Source of the DNA: a bacterium
Lineage (GTDB): Bacteria; Babelota; Babeliae; Babelales; RVW-14
Assembly (NCBI GenBank): GCA_043822925.1
Contig: JBDRBF010000029.1
Coordinates: 1-14,885, forward strand
Length of the DNA stretch: 14,885 bases
Direction of reading: 5' to 3'
Numbering within the stretch: the first letter of the stretch is position 1; every line of letters starts with the position of its first letter. A model generated the notes under the pieces. It was not told the origin of the DNA, did not search any database, and saw only the letters and a list, made by a program, of their open reading frames with translations. The translations under genes and the position numbers were made by a program. Shown here in pieces: positions 1-6,211 of this stretch.

Positions 1-333
1 TTGTTATTTCAGTTAACTTATTAAACAAAAGACAAAGCGCTTTTTCATCAGCGTCAATTAGACTTATACTGGGATTTTCATTGAACTCTTTTAATTTTAT
101 TTCCTTCTTCTTTCCAGAACCCGCCGGCCCAGAAAGCCCGCTAATTCCCCACGCACCTCACCAAACTTCTCGGCCAACGAAACATACTTACCCTTCAACA
201 CTGTCAGCGATTTTGTTAAACTACCGACCTGCGCCGTAAGATCTGCTTTAAGCGCCGGCAGCATAAAAATAAAGCCCAAAACACAAAGCACCTGGCGTAC
301 AAGAACTTGACGCACCACAAAACCATTCTTCAC
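1..333 (-). pseudogene. Exported protein with the shared N-terminal helix, apparently frameshifted near 137-139. ORF 97..333 is the 5' part; a second frame stays open from 157 to the window edge.
   Basis: GTG start at 333 with GAGG upstream. Hydrophobic signal peptide ending LKA, then DLTAQVGSLTKSLTVLKGKYVSLAEKFGEVRGELAG. The annotated frame stops at 97-99, but the -1 frame reads LSGPAGSGKKKEIKLKEFNENPSISLIDADEKALCLLFNKLTEIT without a stop to position 1. It could instead be an intact 78-aa protein or a sequencing error. Confidence 0.55.
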
Positions 334-521
334 AATCTCTTCTGCCTCGCTTAAATAAAAACCCCAAAAATACTATTTTTTGAGCATTAACAGTTGGAAT
401 TAAAGCCTAAAACAGATTTCTAACCATTTTCAACAGTATGCTTTTTTTGCCGGTATGATATGTTCTAACTTATTCTGAAACAAAAACACATAGGTTCTCA
501 ATTTAATAAAGGGTTCATGCC

Positions 522-1181
522 ATGAAAATTTTTTTAGATACAGCCAATAGAGAATTAATCCAAAAATGGGTACAGACAGGCCTGGTCGATGGCGTTACAA
601 CTAATCCATCGCTACTAAGCAAAGAAGGCAGAAACAGCAAAGAAGTATTGCTTGATATTTGCAGCATAGTTCCAGGAGACGTGAGCATAGAAGTTATAGA
701 AAAAACGCCGGACGCCGTCTATAAACAAGCGCTCGAAATTTCAAAACTTGCACCCAATGTTGCCGTCAAGATCCCGTTCGCTCAAGAATATTTGCCCGTG
801 ATAGCACAACTGGCCAAAGAAGGCGTCAAACTTAACATCACCCTTATTTTCTCCCCCCTACAAGCTCTGGCTGTCGCCAAACTTGGTGTCACGTATATTT
901 CCCCATTTATTGGCCGACTGGACGACATAGGCGTTAATGGACTTGAAATTGTCGACGAAATTTTAACGATCAAAGATAACTATGGCTTTACGTCTGAAAT
1001 TATCGCAGCATCAATACGCAGCATGATCCATTGGAAAGAAACAGCACTTTCTGGTGTTGATATCGCAACAGTCCCCCCACAACTTATGGACCAACTTATG
1101 ATTCACCCACTCACAGAAAAAGGCATCGAGATTTTTGATCGTGATTGGAAAAAATTAGGCAAAGAAAATTTACTTGATTAA
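522..1181 (+). CDS. tal: Transaldolase (small TalC/FSA-family type)
   Basis: Motifs MKIFLDTAN, GVTTNPSL, Schiff-base Lys83 in VKIP, NITLIFS, YISPFIGRLDD and AASIR. Glu57 and Phe129 match the transaldolase signature rather than the Gln/Tyr pair of fructose-6-phosphate aldolase. Confidence 0.95.
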   Translation: MKIFLDTANRELIQKWVQTGLVDGVTTNPSLLSKEGRNSKEVLLDICSIVPGDVSIEVIEKTPDAVYKQALEISKLAPNVAVKIPFAQEYLPVIAQLAKEGVKLNITLIFSPLQALAVAKLGVTYISPFIGRLDDIGVNGLEIVDEILTIKDNYGFTSEIIAASIRSMIHWKETALSGVDIATVPPQLMDQLMIHPLTEKGIEIFDRDWKKLGKENLLD

Positions 1182-1221
1182 CCCCTTCGACAAGCTCAGG
1201 GTGAGCGCAATCTGGGATAAC
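1182..1221. repeat. Short REP-like intergenic element CCCTTCGACAAGCTCAGGGTGAGCG followed by a half-copy (TCTGGGATAAC) of the GTCATCCCAG palindrome
   Basis: GC-rich imperfect hairpin directly after the tal stop. 1211-1221 matches 3480-3490 at 10/11. CTTCGACAAGCTCAG is a widespread bacterial intergenic repeat motif (from recall, not searched). Confidence 0.6.
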
Positions 1222-1303
1222 AATAAAAAAACATAAATTATCTTGAAATATTATAAAAGCACATTACGATGAAGACAGATTAAAGAGAGTAGTAATGAAG
1301 AAG

Positions 1304-1341
1304 ATAAAAAACCCAGGAATTTAAATTCCTGGGTTTTTTAT
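1304..1341. terminator. Bidirectional intrinsic terminator (perfect 38-bp palindrome)
   Basis: ATAAAAAACCCAGGAATTT|AAATTCCTGGGTTTTTTAT with A6 and T6 flanks, between convergent tal and the 644-aa gene. Confidence 0.9.
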
Positions 1342-1387
1342 TTAAACACTCATGCGCTTTTAAATTAACGTTACGCACACTTTTTTA

Positions 1388-3322
1388 CTAATGTTTTGAC
1401 CATCCCCCATCTTTAACAAGCTTGCCCCATTTCTTAAAAGTTGCGTTCACTTTAAAATCATCAAAAGATGCATGCTCGCCTATTTTTTCAAGAACAGCAA
1501 AACCACCATTATTCTTAACTTGAGATACTGCAACTTGCCCGTTAATATTATTTATTCGTTGCCATTCATACAAAATAAGTTCTATCGACTCATCTTTTAT
1601 TAATTGATTTCGTTCTGACTTTCGTTCTTTATCAAAGAAAAATAAAAGAGCCTCTTTATTAAGTGTTTTTTCAAACATGGGAAATAACACGTCATTAATA
1701 AGTTTTCCACATGGTTCAGCAGCTATTCCTTGTAAATTTACATCAAGAGCCGTAAAAAGATCCGCCTTCAACCCAGGATTGTCTTCACATGCCTTTATAT
1801 AAGCCTCGGCTGAACTCCACAGATAAATTTCCACATTATCAAACCATTCAGCAATAGCATAACACCCATGCATATAATAATGCTTTTCCTCTGTCGTTCC
1901 GAACACTTGCCCTGGAATTTTATATGTTTCTTTTGTCTCACAGTCAAAAAGGGAATCTCCGAGCTTTTTTAATTCACTTTTAAAGTCACCAAAACCCTCT
2001 TGTATCCATTTAACACCACAAGTCTCCATTGTTTTTATATAATCAAAAACATCTTTATAAGAGAGATCTATAAAATTTAATCTAAATGTTTTAAAACCTT
2101 TTTTTCTTAATTTTAAAAGAACCTGAAATACCGGCCTAAACTTTCCACTCGCAAAATCTGTAAAAACAAAGCGCTTATCTTTATCTTTAAATATCTCGTC
2201 TGTTTTCTCCGCCACATGATTTTCAAACAACTCCCGCACATAACCATATTCCATTGTCAAAGTATCAGGTTTATACGCAGATCTCGTAAATGGACACCAC
2301 TTTTGCGTGCATTCTTTTAATGCTCGTAAATAATACGGATCTTTGCCGTCAAAATTTTCTTCATTTCCAACGTTCTCAATTTCCGTAAAAAATGTATCAA
2401 AAAATGTATTTATATACGGCGTCTTAATCTCTATTTTATTTTCGACTGGAAATGTCCAGCCTTCAAACTCAGAATCTTCTCTAAACTTATCATAAAAAGT
2501 TTTGTATATTCCTAGTGTTTTTTTAGCGGATTCTTTACCAAGTTCTAAATCAGTCTTAAAAACCAATTTTGCGCCAACATAAACTTCTTCCTTCACGCCC
2601 CCTTTTTCTTCGATTCCTTTAAATAGTTTATCGATGCGAACCCGAGGCATCGTTTTGTCTTTTTCTTCTCCAAGTCGCCTCTTTCTTTCTTCCTCTCTTT
2701 TTCTCGCTTCTTCTTCTTCTATTCGATCAGCCTCTTTCCAATACGGCTTTGAAGTTTCAAGTTCGAGTTTACGCCTTAAATCATCAAGATTTCCTAATAA
2801 CTTATCACAAGCAGGTTTCAATTTTTCATCATCTAGGAAGAGGCTAAACCATTGAACATTATAATATCCCGGTATTGTGTAGTTTAAAAAACTTTTAATG
2901 ACACCTCTGCTTGGTTTTTCTTTTGCTAATTCTATGCCTACATCTATAAATAGTTTTTTAAATTTATCTGGCCACCAATCGTTATTAATAGCCATCATCT
3001 GTCGTTTTTGGGTCCCTTGGGCATCGTTAGGCAAGTTTTCAACAGCATCTTGAATTGTTTTTATCGCCGAATCCATATCTGTTACTTCAAGCAAGTCTTT
3101 CTTGCCCGCAAGATTACCCTTAACCGTGTTCAAATTAGTCGCCAAAAGTATAAGTTTAGTTTTAAGTTGCGTTAAAGAGGCTTGAAGTTTGCCAATTTGC
3201 TCAGGCAAGTCAGCTTGCAAGCATGTTTGCCCACCAAAAATAAAGAGAAAACACAAAACAATAAAAATGTATTTTTTTGAATGATCGTACAGGTCAATAT
3301 GCGAATTGATTGAACATTTCAT
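1388..3322 (-). CDS. Exported hypothetical protein (644 aa): signal peptide, shared N-terminal helix, charged linker, C-terminal class I SAM-methyltransferase-like domain
   Basis: Long ORF. Signal peptide ending CLQA; shared helix aa 38-73; E/R/K-rich stretch EEEEARKREEERKRR. FVFTDFASG (motif I-like, D389) is followed by a helix and RLNFID (acidic end of beta2, D419), and later KADLFTALD. The function call is tentative. Confidence 0.8.
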   Translation of the reverse strand: MKCSINSHIDLYDHSKKYIFIVLCFLFIFGGQTCLQADLPEQIGKLQASLTQLKTKLILLATNLNTVKGNLAGKKDLLEVTDMDSAIKTIQDAVENLPNDAQGTQKRQMMAINNDWWPDKFKKLFIDVGIELAKEKPSRGVIKSFLNYTIPGYYNVQWFSLFLDDEKLKPACDKLLGNLDDLRRKLELETSKPYWKEADRIEEEEARKREEERKRRLGEEKDKTMPRVRIDKLFKGIEEKGGVKEEVYVGAKLVFKTDLELGKESAKKTLGIYKTFYDKFREDSEFEGWTFPVENKIEIKTPYINTFFDTFFTEIENVGNEENFDGKDPYYLRALKECTQKWCPFTRSAYKPDTLTMEYGYVRELFENHVAEKTDEIFKDKDKRFVFTDFASGKFRPVFQVLLKLRKKGFKTFRLNFIDLSYKDVFDYIKTMETCGVKWIQEGFGDFKSELKKLGDSLFDCETKETYKIPGQVFGTTEEKHYYMHGCYAIAEWFDNVEIYLWSSAEAYIKACEDNPGLKADLFTALDVNLQGIAAEPCGKLINDVLFPMFEKTLNKEALLFFFDKERKSERNQLIKDESIELILYEWQRINNINGQVAVSQVKNNGGFAVLEKIGEHASFDDFKVNATFKKWGKLVKDGGWSKH

Positions 3323-3463
3323 AACAAAGCCCCCCGGCTTAACAAGTATCCCCTATTTTCAGCACCACTCACGCATGCAAAGCCAATATCTGTTTTATAT
3401 TAATAGATTACGTTGGATGGATAGATAAATTCAAGAACAAGAGAAATTGGGGGAATTTGGACT

Positions 3464-3490
3464 TGGATCCCAGATCACGTCTGGGATGAC
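3464..3490. repeat. 27-bp palindromic intergenic repeat (reverse complement GTCATCCCAGACGTGATCTGGGATCCA)
   Basis: Stem ATCCCAGA/TCTGGGAT with a 5-nt loop. A near-identical interrupted copy lies at 9085-9144. Confidence 0.85.
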
Positions 3491-3540
3491 AAAATAAAAA
3501 CAAGCGCCTGTATACGGGCTCCGAGTTATTTCACAAACTA

Positions 3541-3570
3541 TTGCACTCAAAAACTTAAATTATCCATACT
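3541..3570 (+). promoter_or_regulatory. Putative sigma70-type promoter TTGCAC-18-CATACT for the 381-aa gene
   Basis: Hexamers at 3541-3546 and 3565-3570. GGAGG RBS at 3611-3615 before GTG 3622. A 10-bp palindrome TAGTGCACTA lies at 3587-3596. Confidence 0.5.
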
Positions 3571-3621
3571 GAAAACAATAAAACACTAGTGCACTAAAAT
3601 ACTGATACACGGAGGGACGCT

Positions 3622-4767
3622 GTGTTAGTCAAAACAATTAATAAAAAATTTTCTTGGTCCAAAACGGTCAATAAAAGCCAGTTAATACTGTTTCTCTTAA
3701 TATTTTTTATTACTTTTTTACCTAATCAACAATGTCTATATGCAGCCAAAGAACCACTCACCACAAATGTTAACCAACTGACCCAGTCTTTAACTCTTCT
3801 GCGCAATAAATTAATAGAACTTGCTACACAGTTACAAAAAACAAAAGACGCTTTCGGAGAAGAAGAACTCGCCTCAAAAACTTTTTTTGGACAGATTTTA
3901 GTAAATAAGGGAGCCGTAGAACAAGAAGACACTGTTAATAATACAAAATTTTATAAAATAAAAGTACTCGCTCAAAACGGAAATCAACCTAACTACAATA
4001 CCCACGGAGCACAAGAACTTGACGCGCTCAAAAAAGGGTACGGCTGCAGCTTCCACGCACAAAAAAATGCACTCTATATTTGCAAAATACTCTTAGAACA
4101 GGGAGACATCAATACAAACAGAGAAGCACTCTCTTCAGTGCCAATTTTTTTACATCTCTTTGAAGCGCCACTCAAAACGCTGCTTCCCCCTGAAACGAAA
4201 AGCACAGAAAAAACATATTGGAAATATAGATGGCCAAATGACAGAGGCGCCCAATCATGGTTCCCTGTATCAAGCGCTTTTCGCGTAAAACTGCCCCATT
4301 TAAGCGTGGTAAAAAAATGGTGGGATCTCTCCAAGCACGGCCCACCCGCAACAGAAAAATCAGAAATAGATAATCTCATAGAAAAGATTAAAGAAGGCCA
4401 AGCCCTGGCCCCAGACGAAGCCTCAATTAAGATAACAAAAAACATAAAAGTTATTCAAGCCGTTCCATACATTCTCTCGAACTCATATGCAACAGAGAGA
4501 AAAAAAAATTTTTATCCACCATTACAAAACGAAGATATAAATAAAAGCAAAGAAGCACTTAAAGATGCAAAAGAAAAACTCAAAAAGAATAAATCACTTC
4601 TCATGCCACTACTCATCTCGTGGGAACATGTTGAAGGTAGACACTGGGTTGCCGTTATTATTAATAAAATTGATGAAAAATTCGAAATATTTTATGCAGA
4701 CTCGTGGGTTGGAAGCCACCCCTTAGATAGAATAACCCCTCTCATTAAACATCTCACTGACAATTAA
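3622..4767 (+). CDS. Exported hypothetical protein (381 aa): signal peptide, shared N-terminal helix, putative papain-fold cysteine protease (Josephin/deubiquitinase-like)
   Basis: GGAGG RBS. Signal peptide ending CLYA; shared helix aa 45-79. GCSFHAQKN (C142) precedes HWVAVII (H341) and FEIFYADS (D360), in Cys-His-Asp order. Confidence 0.8.
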   Translation: MLVKTINKKFSWSKTVNKSQLILFLLIFFITFLPNQQCLYAAKEPLTTNVNQLTQSLTLLRNKLIELATQLQKTKDAFGEEELASKTFFGQILVNKGAVEQEDTVNNTKFYKIKVLAQNGNQPNYNTHGAQELDALKKGYGCSFHAQKNALYICKILLEQGDINTNREALSSVPIFLHLFEAPLKTLLPPETKSTEKTYWKYRWPNDRGAQSWFPVSSAFRVKLPHLSVVKKWWDLSKHGPPATEKSEIDNLIEKIKEGQALAPDEASIKITKNIKVIQAVPYILSNSYATERKKNFYPPLQNEDINKSKEALKDAKEKLKKNKSLLMPLLISWEHVEGRHWVAVIINKIDEKFEIFYADSWVGSHPLDRITPLIKHLTDN

Positions 4768-4771
4768 CTTT

Positions 4772-5521
4772 TTATTCCCCAAAAAGATCTTTTAAAAAAT
4801 CTGGGAGCATGCGCCAAAACATAGCGCCGATATCGTTTACTGCTTCTGGGGTTGCCCACGGCCCAGGCTTTGGGCCAGCACCAGGCTTGCCATAAGAAGA
4901 ACTGTTTTGAGCCGCACTATTTTGAGAAATATCACCATGAACAGGTGTGCAATATTGGGTCTTTAATTCAAAAAAACGAGCATCGTATTTTTCACCGACA
5001 TCTTTGTCATCTAAAATAATTACATTTTCTTGGTTACGCTGGGCTGATTTTGTCCAATTAAAAGATCCGGTCCACGTTGTACCATCAATTATCGCAAACT
5101 TATTATGCATAAGCGGCTCAGACCCGCCAAAGCCTTTTGATGTATCATGAGAATGATACTCAAAAACCTGAACACCATTGCCCCTCATATACGCACCTTT
5201 ACCATACGAGCTATCAACAGAAATTTTATCTGTTACTACTTGCACGTCAACACCGCGTTTTTTGGCATTAATTAACGCATCAGCAATATGCTTATCAGTA
5301 ATCATGTATACAGCTGCGTGAATTTTCTTCTGTGCCCCATTTATCATAGAAATAAGCATGGTTGCTGGATGGTCTTTTGGGGAAAATAAAACAATAGGCG
5401 AAGTGGCCAGTCCAAACGATCCCCAAGACAAATAAACTAAAACAAAAAATACTGTTTTTGTTAAACGAAAAAATACTTTTAAATGCTTTTTTATGCCAAA
5501 AGAAAATGTCATATATACCAA
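4772..5521 (-). CDS. Phospholipase D / Nuc-like (PLD6/Zucchini-type) single-HKD enzyme with N-terminal hydrophobic segment
   Basis: Motifs FSPKD, IHAAVYMITD, ALINAKKRGVDVQVVTD, MHNKFAIIDG (HxKxxxxD), WTGSFNWT and NQEN. The start may be ATG 5512 rather than TTG 5521. Confidence 0.92.
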   Translation of the reverse strand: MVYMTFSFGIKKHLKVFFRLTKTVFFVLVYLSWGSFGLATSPIVLFSPKDHPATMLISMINGAQKKIHAAVYMITDKHIADALINAKKRGVDVQVVTDKISVDSSYGKGAYMRGNGVQVFEYHSHDTSKGFGGSEPLMHNKFAIIDGTTWTGSFNWTKSAQRNQENVIILDDKDVGEKYDARFFELKTQYCTPVHGDISQNSAAQNSSSYGKPGAGPKPGPWATPEAVNDIGAMFWRMLPDFLKDLFGE

Positions 5522-5659
5522 CTCTGTTTATAAAATTCTTTTTATTAGCTTCTTTACTTTTTTTTCATCCTGTAATAGTACTTTACTTATCACGTACAAG
5601 ATAAAGCTAGTGTATAAAAACAAAAACGTTTTTGTAACAAATTCAGGAGAAAGCGAAAA

Positions 5660-6202
5660 ATGAAGATCAATTATTCTCGTTATTTTCTATTTGTACTGGC
5701 ACTTATATCGGGAAAAACATATGGAGCCGACCCCGCAGAAGTACAAAAAATATACAAAAGTATTGAAGAACAACTGGTCGAAATTAGAAAAGAACACCCA
5801 ACAACACAACAAAAAATTTACACAATTCTTGATCAAGTTAATAGGCTATCGTCACTTGCCAGTTCTTCAGGAACAAGAATTCAACATCTAGAAAAAGAGA
5901 TTAAAACAAAAGAATCAGAATTCAACATAATTCAAGACGAACTCATAAAATCAAAAAAATCAGCCCAAGAAACAGAAGATAAGATTAAAACACTAGCCAA
6001 TAATTTTGAACAAGAAAAAAAACTAGCTCAGCAACTCGCTCAGGAAAAGAAAAAAACAGAATTACTCGCAACACAGCAAAAAAAAGATTACGCACAAGAA
6101 CAAGCTCATAAACAAGAGCATGCAAATCTTCTAGAGAAACTGGGACAAAACCAGATTCAAGAATCTGGACCAGACTTTGAACAAAAAAACGGAAAAAAAT
6201 AA
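5660..6202 (+). CDS. Exported coiled-coil hypothetical protein (180 aa)
   Basis: AGGAG upstream, signal peptide (MKINYSRYFLFVLALISGKTYGA) and a Q/E/K-rich heptad-like body. Confidence 0.8.
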   Translation: MKINYSRYFLFVLALISGKTYGADPAEVQKIYKSIEEQLVEIRKEHPTTQQKIYTILDQVNRLSSLASSSGTRIQHLEKEIKTKESEFNIIQDELIKSKKSAQETEDKIKTLANNFEQEKKLAQQLAQEKKKTELLATQQKKDYAQEQAHKQEHANLLEKLGQNQIQESGPDFEQKNGKK

Positions 6203-6211
6203 AACCAAGAA

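Noticed and set aside
522-1181. Calling the gene fructose-6-phosphate aldolase (fsa)
   Set aside because: Glu57 and Phe129 indicate transaldolase specificity.
5660-6202. 180-aa exported coiled-coil protein as a member of the tagged family
   Set aside because: It lacks the SLTxL[KR]xKxxxLA consensus and shows only generic heptads.
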